A DNA stretch of 32,000 nt from Okeania sp. (lineage in GTDB: Bacteria > Cyanobacteriota > Cyanobacteriia > Cyanobacteriales > Microcoleaceae): positions 10,288-42,287 of the forward strand of contig NZ_JAYKGW010000050.1 in NCBI RefSeq assembly GCF_035285525.1. The letters are read 5' to 3'. The stretch's first letter is position 1. Each line of letters starts with the position of its first letter. The notes under the pieces were generated by a model. The model was not told the DNA's origin and did not search any database. It saw only the letters and a program-made list of their open reading frames with translations. Below, one piece after another: positions 1-9,076 of the stretch. The position numbers and the translations under genes are program-made.

Positions 1-404
1 ACTTTGCGAAAAGCAATTGCCGCTTCGTTCCACTTTTTCAGTTCCATCAATGCTGTGCCTAATTTTTGGTAATACCAAGGAAAATTAGGATTATTCTTGA
101 TAGCATTGCGGTAACTAATGGTTGCTAAATCCCACTTTTTTTCTTGAAAATATAGATTAGCTAGATTAGAATGAGATTGACTAAAATGGGGATTAATTAC
201 AATGGCTTTTTGATAATATTCCTGGGCTAATTCTTGATTGCCCATAGCTTCAAGTACCTGGCCTTTAGTATTACAAACTAACGCCAAATATTCTAGTTTT
301 TCTAATGCTTGATTACAAAATATCTCAGCTTCATTTAATTTTCCTTCTGCTAAACAAGATTGTGCTTTCTGGTTTAAATCTATTACTGATATTTCCTGGT
401 TCAC
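1..404 (-). CDS. TPR-repeat protein, 5' part only (gene runs off the left edge of the window)
   Basis: It is absent from the ORF track because it has no stop inside the window. The reverse complement of 1-404 is open and reads (GTG)VNQEISVIDLNQKAQSCLAEGKLNEAEIFCNQALEK...NPNFPWYYQKLGTALMELKKWNEAAIAFRK. The N-terminus parallels that of ORF 2667-4466 (MGKIISVIHLNQKAEIYLTQGKLEEAI). The rest is 34-aa TPR units like those in ORF 697-2619. GGAG lies 8 nt upstream of the GTG at 404. Confidence 0.6.
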   Translation of the reverse strand, partial: MNQEISVIDLNQKAQSCLAEGKLNEAEIFCNQALEKLEYLALVCNTKGQVLEAMGNQELAQEYYQKAIVINPHFSQSHSNLANLYFQEKKWDLATISYRNAIKNNPNFPWYYQKLGTALMELKKWNEAAIAFRK

Positions 405-696
405 AGTATTTTCTCCTGGTAATTATCTATTACAGCCGATTCTACTTTTGTGAGGTACACCCACGCGGGCTAGGAACTTTTAATTATTAATCTTAATATT
501 TGTACTTCTTATACTTGGAATCTGCTGTAAATATACAGCAAGCATTCAGCTATTAACATTCAGCTATCAGCTTTTAAAATAATTCAGCAAAGACTAAGAT
601 TAACTGACAGAAATATTTCATTGATAACTTTTAATTCTCGTTAGATTGATACCTTATAAGTTTTTGTCTTATCTAAACTGTAATACTTACCAAAAA

Positions 697-2619
697 TCAA
701 GGGTATTCTTTTTCAAGTATTTCAGAAACTGTCTTAAACTTATAACCTTGAACTGTCAATGTTTCAAGAATAATTTCTGTTGCTTTTACTGTTTTGGTAC
801 GATTATCGTGCATTAAAATAATTGCACCTGGTCTAGCATTTTCTATGACATAATTAGCAATTGTTTCCCAGTCATTTTCTTTTACATAATCCTTCGAGTC
901 AATATTCCACAGAATCATTTTCTTTTTCATCTCTAATATCATATCAATTAGAGAGAAACTACTCAGACCAAAAGGAGGTCGAAATCTAATTTTATGAGTA
1001 ACACCTAACTGCTGTAAAATTTCATCAGTTTTGGCAATTTCTGCTTTGATTAATTCTGGAGATTCCTGAGATAAATCTAAATGAGAATAGGAGTGATTAG
1101 CTAATTCATGCCCTTTAGCTAATATTAATTTCCCTAATTTTAGATGATTTTTCAGATTTTTACCAAGAGCAAAGAACGTAGCTTGAGCTTGATAAAAATC
1201 TAATATATTGAGAATTTGATTAGTATAGGGAGGATTCGGCCCATCATCATAAGTTAAGGCAATTACCTTTTCTTTTATAGATACTTGTTTAATCCCAAAA
1301 AATTCATAATTTGGTTTTATTTCTAAAACTTTTTGGAAACATTTTCTGGCTTCAGACCATTTTTCTTGTCGCATATAAATATCTACTAATGCTTCATAGC
1401 TTGAAAAAGATTCTGGAAAGATTTGTAAGGTTTTTTGATAATTAGTTATTGCTGCTTCTAGCTGACCTAATGTTTGGAGAACATCCCCTAATTTTTTGTA
1501 TAGTTTTTCTGTTGGTTGATAACTAATAGCTTGTTGATATATTGCTACAGCATCAGACCATTTTTTTTGTTTCGTTAAAGCTTCTCCTAAACCATAGTAA
1601 GACCAATCAGAATCTGGTTTAATTTTAATTGCTTGACGGTAGGCAGATATGGCTTCATTCCATCTTTTTAGTTGTAGAAAAGTATTTCCTAAATTGTGGT
1701 GAGCAAAATGTAAGTTAGGGTTAATTTCAATTGCCTGTTGATAAGCTGTTATAGCTTCTTCATATCTAGATAGTTTAGATAGAGCTTTTCCTAAATTATA
1801 ATAATACCAATAATTATTCGGATGAATTTCAATAGCATTTTGATATATTTCTACAGCTTCCGACCACTTTTCTAGTTTGATGAATTTTTCTCCTAACTCA
1901 GTATATAACTTAGGATTAATATTCACTGCTTGACGATAAGCTGCTAAAACTTCTGCCCAATTTTCGAGTTTTATTAAGGCATCCCCTAGATTTTTGTAAG
2001 CTAAATCTATATCTGGTTTAAGTTTGATAAAGTGACGATAAGCACTAACAGCTTCCTCCCACTTTTTTAGTTTTATAAAAGCTTGCGCCAGTTTATTATA
2101 AGGCCAAGGAAAATTTGGTTTGATTTTAATAAAATTACGATAGGCATTAATAGCTTCCTCCCAATTTTTCAGTTCCATAAAAGCATCACCTAGTTTATTG
2201 TAAGACCAGGGAAAATTTGGTTCTATTGCTATAACTTTACGATAGGCATCAACAGCTTCATCCCATCGTTTTAACTGTAGTAATGCTTCTCCTAATTTAG
2301 GGTAATACCAAGGAAAATTAGGATTTAGTTCTGTAGCTTTTTTATAAGCAATCACAGCTTCATCCCATCGTTTTAACTGTAGTAATGCTTCTCCTAATTT
2401 GTGGTAAATTTCTCCCTTATTTGGGTTTAACTGAATTGCTTGATTATAATGTTCAATTGCTGCTTGCCATTGTTGCTGTTGGGAAAATAAATCACCTAAA
2501 TTAATATAAGGTTCTACTAGGTTAAAATTCATAATGATTACTTTTTGATAATATTCCTGAGTTAATTTTTGGACAGAACTATTTGAAGAATTAAAAATGC
2601 TCAAACCTTTAGATTTCAA
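697..2619 (-). CDS. TPR-repeat protein fused to a C-terminal polysaccharide deacetylase (NodB-homology) domain
   Basis: About 12 TPR units (pattern W.EA..AY...I...PNFPW.Y.KLG.A) cover roughly aa 25-440. The last ~190 aa carry the NodB motifs TYDDGP, HELANHSYSH, RPPFG and IILMHD. The codon at 2619 is TTG. TPR-like sequence (LTQEYYQKVII) precedes the first ATG (2532), so I prefer the long form. Confidence 0.85.
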   Translation of the reverse strand: MKSKGLSIFNSSNSSVQKLTQEYYQKVIIMNFNLVEPYINLGDLFSQQQQWQAAIEHYNQAIQLNPNKGEIYHKLGEALLQLKRWDEAVIAYKKATELNPNFPWYYPKLGEALLQLKRWDEAVDAYRKVIAIEPNFPWSYNKLGDAFMELKNWEEAINAYRNFIKIKPNFPWPYNKLAQAFIKLKKWEEAVSAYRHFIKLKPDIDLAYKNLGDALIKLENWAEVLAAYRQAVNINPKLYTELGEKFIKLEKWSEAVEIYQNAIEIHPNNYWYYYNLGKALSKLSRYEEAITAYQQAIEINPNLHFAHHNLGNTFLQLKRWNEAISAYRQAIKIKPDSDWSYYGLGEALTKQKKWSDAVAIYQQAISYQPTEKLYKKLGDVLQTLGQLEAAITNYQKTLQIFPESFSSYEALVDIYMRQEKWSEARKCFQKVLEIKPNYEFFGIKQVSIKEKVIALTYDDGPNPPYTNQILNILDFYQAQATFFALGKNLKNHLKLGKLILAKGHELANHSYSHLDLSQESPELIKAEIAKTDEILQQLGVTHKIRFRPPFGLSSFSLIDMILEMKKKMILWNIDSKDYVKENDWETIANYVIENARPGAIILMHDNRTKTVKATEIILETLTVQGYKFKTVSEILEKEYP

Positions 2620-2646
2620 TACTTTTGGATTTAATCAGCAGAGCAA

Positions 2647-2681
2647 TAATTATTAATTATTAATTATTAATTATTCATTAT
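2647..2681. repeat. Tandem heptamer array (TAATTAT) x4 plus one degenerate unit
   Basis: Read directly from the sequence. It spans the stop codon and last codons (..MNN*) of ORF 2667-4466 and part of the 47-bp spacer to the next gene. Confidence 0.85.
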
Positions 2682-4466
2682 TCCGGCTTTTTTGTATAAA
2701 TAAGATAAGAGTGTATTGCTAGAAATAATCTCTGCTTTACTAACATTTTTCAATGGTTCAAACATAAACTTGTTATAAAGAGGACAGAACAAGTAATTTT
2801 TGACATTTAATTTTCCTGGTTTAAGAAACTTTTCCCACTCTTTCCAGGGTACTAACCAAGCCCTTAATTTAACATTATAATATTTATAATTTTTAGCTTC
2901 TTTACATATTAATTCTTTTCCTAATTCAGTCCATGAGATATGTTTTCCTGAGTCAAAAATAGCCTCAATTTGATTAATACAAGTTTGCAAAAAATTATGT
3001 TGAGGACGAGCAGCAAAGGATGTCAGAGCAAATGCTGAACCCAAAGTTACTAAATCAAAATCTTTTAAATGAGATATAAAATTAGTATAGAGATTTTTAA
3101 ACACAATTGTATCTAGATCAATCCACATTCCTCCATTATCATTTAATAACTTTATTCTTAGGTAATCTGCTTTATGTGCTGGTAATAATGTTTTGGTAAA
3201 AATTCGAGGATGAATTTCTTTGAGATATGCTTTAACATTTTGAGGATTAACTAAAATAACATCTGCTAAACCAGAATGAATTTTCATTGTTTCTAAGCAT
3301 AATTTTAAGTAGTCTGGCATTTCTTGAGAATAGACATTTTCCCAATATACCCAGATAGTTTTGGGAATATAAGATTCATCTACTTGTTTCAGGGCATAAC
3401 CTAATTTTTCATGGAATAAATAGTTATTTGGTTTAATTTTTGTAGCTGTTTGATAAGCTGTTATAGATTCATCCCATTTTTCTTTTTGAGCAAGAGCATC
3501 TCCTAAAATTTGATAAAACGAAGGTAAATTTGGATTGGTTTCTATCACAGTTTGACACTCTATAATAGCTGCATCTAATTTTCCTATTTTTAGTTTAATT
3601 TCAGCTAATTTTCGCCGAATTTCCCAAATATCTGATTTGATTTCTATCACTTTTTGATAATATTTTTCTGCTGATTCTAAGTCTCCCTTTTGCTCAAAAA
3701 TATCTCCTAATTTTTTGTAAGACCAGGGAAAATTAGGGTTAATTTCTATAGCCAGGCGAAAATTACTAATAGCTAAATTTAATTCTCCTCTTTCTTGAAA
3801 TATTTTCCCTAGTTTATGGTGAACTGCCCAAAAGTCAGGTTTCAATTCAATTGCTTTTTGATAATAATTTATTGCCCCGTTGAAGTCTTTTGTTTTCAGT
3901 GAAATATCTCCTAAATTTTGATAAGCATTTGCCAAAAAAGGATTTAATTCTATGGCTTTCTGGAAATAAGCGATCGCCTCTTCTATCTCATCATTTTCTA
4001 AACAGTTTTTTCCCTGTTTTAAATATTCTGATGCTTGAGGATAATATGCTTCTAAAGTCAATGCTTGTTCTTGACAATCTCTAGCTAATTCAACTTTTCC
4101 TAATTCCTGCCAAATTTTTCCTAAATTCCGATAAAAACCAGGAATATTTGGTTTAATTCCTATCGCTTCTCGGTAACATTCAATTGCTAACTGCCATTGT
4201 TTTTGTTGTGCATATATACTCCCTAAATTAGCATAGCTCTCTGCTAAATTTGGTTGTTGATTTATGGCTTTTATGTACCACTCTTTGGCTTGATTTATTT
4301 CACCCATTTTTTGCAGAATATTTCCCAATATTTTACAGGTAGGTGGAAAATCAAGCTCTATTTCTAATACTTGCTGACAAGCTGTTATTGCCTCTTCTAA
4401 TTTTCCTTGAGTTAAATATATTTCTGCTTTTTGATTTAAGTGAATTACTGAGATTATCTTGCCCAT
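2667..4466 (-). CDS. TPR-repeat protein fused to a C-terminal DxD-type glycosyltransferase-like domain (GT32-like / capsular-polysaccharide-synthesis type)
   Basis: ATG start at 4466. TPR units cover about aa 1-365. The C-terminal ~230 aa include IPKTIWVYWEN.. and HKADYLRIKLLNDNGGMWIDLDTIV. As I remember them, these match the sugar-binding DxD region of the Caps_synth/Gly_transf_sug families. Confidence 0.75.
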   Translation of the reverse strand: MGKIISVIHLNQKAEIYLTQGKLEEAITACQQVLEIELDFPPTCKILGNILQKMGEINQAKEWYIKAINQQPNLAESYANLGSIYAQQKQWQLAIECYREAIGIKPNIPGFYRNLGKIWQELGKVELARDCQEQALTLEAYYPQASEYLKQGKNCLENDEIEEAIAYFQKAIELNPFLANAYQNLGDISLKTKDFNGAINYYQKAIELKPDFWAVHHKLGKIFQERGELNLAISNFRLAIEINPNFPWSYKKLGDIFEQKGDLESAEKYYQKVIEIKSDIWEIRRKLAEIKLKIGKLDAAIIECQTVIETNPNLPSFYQILGDALAQKEKWDESITAYQTATKIKPNNYLFHEKLGYALKQVDESYIPKTIWVYWENVYSQEMPDYLKLCLETMKIHSGLADVILVNPQNVKAYLKEIHPRIFTKTLLPAHKADYLRIKLLNDNGGMWIDLDTIVFKNLYTNFISHLKDFDLVTLGSAFALTSFAARPQHNFLQTCINQIEAIFDSGKHISWTELGKELICKEAKNYKYYNVKLRAWLVPWKEWEKFLKPGKLNVKNYLFCPLYNKFMFEPLKNVSKAEIISSNTLLSYLYKKAGIMNN

Positions 4467-4901
4467 TGTTTTATTTTTGATAAATATTCGTGATATTTAA
4501 GTTGATTACTAAGTTGATAATTAAGGTAAGATGATTAGTGATTTTAGCATAAAGTTAAAAGTTAACTAGCTATGAGCTTTTAGCAGCTCTGGGTTAAAAT
4601 ACTCTGCTTCTATCAGCAGGGAACCAACTACTAAAATTAGCTAATAATCTTTTTATTCATAACTTTTAATTGTCCCTAGACATTTATTCCTCCTGCCAAT
4701 AAAATTAGTTAATCACTATAACAAGGGTAAATTATTTGTGAAAAACATTGTAGGGTTTTTGTCAGATCAAGCTCATTTTCAGTTGGATGTGGAGACCAAA
4801 CTACTACAATAAAATCTTACAACCAGTTTAGGATTGCTATAATTACTGATAACTAATAGCTGAATACTTACAAATACACAACTATAATATTACAAACTTT
4901 T

Positions 4902-7900
4902 ATGACTCCTAAAGTAAGCGTAATTATTCCGGTTTATAACTGTGAACTTTACATCGCCCAAGCAATTGAAAGTGTCTTGAATCAAACTTATACTGACTAT
5001 GAAATTATTGTTATCAATGATGGTTCCACAGATAATACCTATCAAATATTACAACCATACATGACAAAAATTCGTTATTTTTATCAAGAGAATAAAGGAT
5101 TATCTGCTACTCGTAACCAAGGCATAAAAATGGCAAAAGGAGAATTAATTGCTCTTCTGGATGCTGATGATTTATTTCTGTCTGATAAACTTGAAAAACA
5201 AGTAGCTATTTTTGATGCTCAACCAAATATAGGTTTAGTACAAAGTGGGTGGCGAGTTGTTAATGAAAAAGGAGAAAAAATTGAAGATGTTGAACCTTGG
5301 CATAAATCTCCAGAATTAGATTTAGTAAGTTGGTTAAAATGGAAAGCTACTAATCCTAGTAGTATGATGTTTCGGAAGGAATGGTTGGAAAGAGTAAATG
5401 GGTTTAATGAAGAGTTTCGTAGATTAGAAGATTTTGACATAGTAATTCGATTAGCTTTAGCAGGTTGTCAAGCTACTTGGTTTCCTAAAGTTGCTGTCTG
5501 TTATCGTCAACATAGTGGCAATATGACCAGAAATTTACTTGCTCAAATAGCAGTAGAGGAAAAAATTTTAGATGAGCTTTTTTCTAATTCTAATCTACCT
5601 TTAGAAATTCAACATTTAGAAAGAGAATTACGCTACGGTTCTCTAATTTGGAATTGTTGGTGTTTATATAAATCTGGCTACTTTGCTGAAATGGCTGATT
5701 ATTTGCATAAATCTTTAAATTTTTCTCCTGTTTCTGTGCTTAAAACTATCTGTGAATGGCTCTATTATTTTCACTATTATGCTTCTCTAGAAAACTATTC
5801 ATTTAATTCAGTTTCTTTGAATCAAATACCAGAGTGGCAATTTTTAATAAATAAAATTATGCCAAATGGTTTACCATTGGTGAGCGTGGTTATTCCGACT
5901 TTTAATAATGCTGATTATATTGTTAAAGCTATTGAAAGTGTTTTTGCTCAAACTTATACTTTTTGGGAGATTATTGTTGTTGATGATGGTTCTACCGATC
6001 GTACTTACCAAGTTTTAGAATCTTACCTTAATCAAATAGACTTTTTGCCAAATTTTCCAACAGGAAATAGACTACAGAAAACAGAGAGAAGTCAAAATTT
6101 ACCTTCCGACTTTTCCCAGAACTTTCCAACAGGAAACAGACAAGAGAAACCAGGAGCAAATTTTCCCGAAACAGAGAGTAGTCAAAATTTACCTTCTGAC
6201 TTTTCCCAGAACTTTCCAACAGGAAACAGACTACAGGAAACAGAGAGTAGTCAAAATTTACCTTCCGACTTTTCCCAGAACTTTCCAACAGGAAACAGAC
6301 TACAGGAAACAGAGAGTAGTCAAAATTTACCTTCCGACTTTTCCCAGAACTTTCCAATAGGAAACAGACTACAGGAAACAGAGAGTAGTCAAAATTTACC
6401 TTCCGACTTTTCCCAGAACTTTCCAATAGGAAACAGACAAGAGAAACCAGGAGCAAATTTTCAGGAAACCGGAAGTAACCAAGATTTAACTTTAGACTTT
6501 TTGTCAAACTCTTCCACAGGAAATAAACAAGAGGAAGCCGATAAAAATATTCAGAAAAAAGAGAGTAATCAAAATTCAACTTTGACATTTGCCAGAGGTC
6601 TAATTAAATATGTATATCAAGAAAATCAAGGACCATCAATCGCTCGGAATTATGGTATAGAAATAGCTCAGGGAAAATATATCGCCTTTCTCGATGCAGA
6701 TGACTTTTTTCTACCCGAAAAATTAGCCGAACAAGTAGGATGTTTTGCAGAAGATTCAACTTTAACAATGGTGCAAACTGGGTGGAGATTTGTTGATGAG
6801 AAAGGTCAGACTATTAAAGATGTAAAACCCTGGGAAAATAGTACGGAATTAGACTTAGAAAATTGGTTAATTTGGCAAGCGACTTTACCCAGTGCGATGA
6901 TGTTTAAAAGTGAATGGTTAAAAGTTAATGGTGGGTTTGACAAACGATATTTTGGCATTGAGGATTTAGAAATAGTTTTGCGGTTAGCTTTAACCGGAGG
7001 AAAAGCGACTTGGTTACGCAAAGTTTGTGTTTGTTATCGACAGCGTAGTAGTAGTGTCTCTGGTTTGGATAATCGACAAAAAATTACTCAGGAATTAGAA
7101 AAATTATTAGATGATTTTTTCGATAAACCTAATTTACCTACTGCCATACGTCAAATAGAAAACCAGATAAAATATCGGTCTCTACTTTGGAATTGTTGGC
7201 GTTTATATAAGGCTGGTAATTTATCAGAAATGGCTACTTATTTGCAGAAGTCTTTGAGTTATACTTCTGATTCTCCCACAACAGCAATTTGTACTTGGAT
7301 AGAATTATTTACTAAGCTAGATAGTCAAGAAGGAAATCAATTTAATGCTTATAGTTTTAGTCAGTTGCCAGAATGGAAAAAATTAATTAGTAATATTTTT
7401 AATCCAGTTGTGCCGAGGGTAAGTGTAATTATTGCCACCTACAATAATGCTAACTATATTTTAGAGGCGATCGCCAGTATTTTTAATCAAACTTATACGT
7501 CTTACGAAATAATAGTTATTGATGATGGCTCTACTGATAATACTCGTCAAATTTTAGAACCTTATTTAGATAAAATTCGCTATGTTTATCAAGAAAATAA
7601 AGGAGTCTCTCACGCCAGAAATTTAGGTTTAGAAATGGCGCAGGGAGAATTTATTTCTTTTCTTGATGCTGATGACTTTTTCCTACCAGATAAACTGGCA
7701 AAACAAGTAGCTGTTTTTGATAGTCGTCCTTCTCTAGGAATTGTTCATAGTGGGTGGCGTTTAATTAATGAAAAAGGAGAGAAAATTTCGGATATAGAAT
7801 TATGGCATGGTTCCCTAGAATTAGACTTAGAAACTTGGGTAGTTTGGAAACCTGTAACTATTTCTATGATGTTTCGTAAAAGTTGGATAAAAAGCGCTGG

Positions 7901-8375
7901 AGGTTTTGATACTCGTTGGCATCATGGAGAAGATATTGACTTAGTTTTGCGTTTATCTATTAATGGTTGTGAGGCAGTTTGGTTGCCAAAAGTTACTTAT
8001 TGTTATCGTCAACATCAGTGCAATGCTACGAGAAAATCTAGTCAACAAGCTGTTAGTATGATGGCTGTTTTAGATAACTTTTTTGCCAGAGAAAATTTAT
8101 CAATATCTATTCGTAAATTAGAGGCAAAATCTCGTTATTATACTTTAAGTTGGTTAGCATGGCAAGCACATCGAAATGGAGATTTAATTGAGATGGATAA
8201 ATATCTAAGAAAAGCTTGTAAATATACTCCTTTATCTATTATAGAAACTATCGATCATTGGGTAGAAAGTTTTCATAATCTTTATCAAGATTATGGTTAT
8301 GATTTTGATGTTTATAGTTTCACAAATTCAGATGTTTGGCAAAAATTAATGTTAGATATGATTATTAGTATTTGA
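4902..8375 (+). CDS. Three-module family-2 glycosyltransferase (three tandem GT2 domains, each with a helical tail)
   Basis: ATG start at 4902. Three paralogous modules start at nt 4902, ~5880 and ~7419. They begin VSVIIPVYNCELYIAQAIESVLNQTYTDYEIIVINDGSTDNT, VSVVIPTFNNADYIVKAIESVFAQTYTFWEIIVVDDGSTDRT and VSVIIATYNNANYILEAIASIFNQTYTSYEIIVIDDGSTDNT. Each contains LDADD(L/F)F, GWR..(N/D)EKG, CYRQ(H/R) and a (L/S)(I/L/W).(N/A)(C/W).. tail. Confidence 0.92.
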   Translation: MTPKVSVIIPVYNCELYIAQAIESVLNQTYTDYEIIVINDGSTDNTYQILQPYMTKIRYFYQENKGLSATRNQGIKMAKGELIALLDADDLFLSDKLEKQVAIFDAQPNIGLVQSGWRVVNEKGEKIEDVEPWHKSPELDLVSWLKWKATNPSSMMFRKEWLERVNGFNEEFRRLEDFDIVIRLALAGCQATWFPKVAVCYRQHSGNMTRNLLAQIAVEEKILDELFSNSNLPLEIQHLERELRYGSLIWNCWCLYKSGYFAEMADYLHKSLNFSPVSVLKTICEWLYYFHYYASLENYSFNSVSLNQIPEWQFLINKIMPNGLPLVSVVIPTFNNADYIVKAIESVFAQTYTFWEIIVVDDGSTDRTYQVLESYLNQIDFLPNFPTGNRLQKTERSQNLPSDFSQNFPTGNRQEKPGANFPETESSQNLPSDFSQNFPTGNRLQETESSQNLPSDFSQNFPTGNRLQETESSQNLPSDFSQNFPIGNRLQETESSQNLPSDFSQNFPIGNRQEKPGANFQETGSNQDLTLDFLSNSSTGNKQEEADKNIQKKESNQNSTLTFARGLIKYVYQENQGPSIARNYGIEIAQGKYIAFLDADDFFLPEKLAEQVGCFAEDSTLTMVQTGWRFVDEKGQTIKDVKPWENSTELDLENWLIWQATLPSAMMFKSEWLKVNGGFDKRYFGIEDLEIVLRLALTGGKATWLRKVCVCYRQRSSSVSGLDNRQKITQELEKLLDDFFDKPNLPTAIRQIENQIKYRSLLWNCWRLYKAGNLSEMATYLQKSLSYTSDSPTTAICTWIELFTKLDSQEGNQFNAYSFSQLPEWKKLISNIFNPVVPRVSVIIATYNNANYILEAIASIFNQTYTSYEIIVIDDGSTDNTRQILEPYLDKIRYVYQENKGVSHARNLGLEMAQGEFISFLDADDFFLPDKLAKQVAVFDSRPSLGIVHSGWRLINEKGEKISDIELWHGSLELDLETWVVWKPVTISMMFRKSWIKSAGGFDTRWHHGEDIDLVLRLSINGCEAVWLPKVTYCYRQHQCNATRKSSQQAVSMMAVLDNFFARENLSISIRKLEAKSRYYTLSWLAWQAHRNGDLIEMDKYLRKACKYTPLSIIETIDHWVESFHNLYQDYGYDFDVYSFTNSDVWQKLMLDMIISI
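6051..6596 (+). repeat. In-frame coding minisatellite (69-bp and 90-bp units) inside GT2 module 2
   Basis: Unit starts are 6051 (69 bp, diverged), 6120 (90 bp), 6210, 6279 and 6348 (69 bp each), 6417 (90 bp, 3' half diverged) and 6507 (diverged). Units 6210 and 6279 are identical, and unit 6348 differs by one base. The units encode NFPTGNRLQETESSQNLPSDFSQ (23 aa) and NFPTGNRQEKPGANFPETESSQNLPSDFSQ (30 aa). Confidence 0.95.
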
Positions 8376-8532
8376 TTAAAAAGAAGGAAGAGGAAAGAAG
8401 CAATGAGGAAGAAAGAAATTATAACTGAATGTTTACTTCATTCATTAAAAAGCTAAATGCTTACCTCTTTGTTTTCTAGAACTAACTTGTCTAAGAATAT
8501 TCATGTATAAACAAACTTCAATAAAGAAATAT

Positions 8533-8754
8533 GTAAGCATTCAGCTATTAGCTGTTAGCCATCAGCAACAAAAACCTCAAGTTTCAGAAAGATATTTAAA
8601 GGAATAAAGAAAGTGAAAACTGGCTTTTATAGTCAAATAAAATTTATGATTTTTCGGGAACCTTATAATAATACTTCTATCACAAACTAGAAGCACTCTT
8701 GTGATAGCTATTAGCTGACGGCTGTTTGCCCAGCATTCCGCAGGAAATGCTTAC
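8533..8754. mobile_element. Family B MITE-like element (GTAAGCATT...AATGCTTAC ends), 222 bp
   Basis: The terminal inverted repeats are gtaagcatt / aatgcttac. An identical 8-bp direct repeat, agaaatat, lies immediately outside both ends (8525-8532 and 8755-8762). The element has no ORF. Confidence 0.8.
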
Positions 8755-9076
8755 AGAAATATTTTTATAGTACAACTATTTATAGAATATTTGCCTATAT
8801 AAATCTTAAATCGGTTGTGAACATTAAGTTATCAATTAATACTTTACCAGCCAAATAATTAAGCAATTTTTCTCCAAATTTGTGTCAAGATTACCATTGA
8901 TTTTGCTAACATTAGTCTGTCTTTTTCAGTGATCAGTTTACCCGCCAAATAATTATACAATTTTTGTCAATATTTCCATTGTTTTTGCTGATATTTGTTT
9001 ATCAAAGTAACTTGACAATTATCTCAGGAAATGCTTACATCAGTTATCAGTCATCAATTAAAAATTTTCTACCCAA

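Noticed and set aside
305-490. Short ORFs overlapping or antisense to strong genes: 305-490, 3890-4084, 5219-5440, 6806-7021, 10300-10497, 12346-12651, 12402-12584, 13270-13512, 15108-15350, 17147-17458 and 29639-29923.
   Set aside because: Each lies within or antisense to a CDS that has clear family motifs, or it spans promoter or heptamer DNA. Their peptides are low-complexity (F/L/I/Y-rich), as expected from AT-rich out-of-frame reading.
6028-6588. 186-aa minus-strand ORF inside the triple GT2 gene.
   Set aside because: It coincides exactly with the coding minisatellite and its peptide is itself a repeat (GKSRKVNFDYSLFPVVCFLLESS). It is an antisense shadow of the + strand gene, whose flanks have clear GT2 homology in frame.
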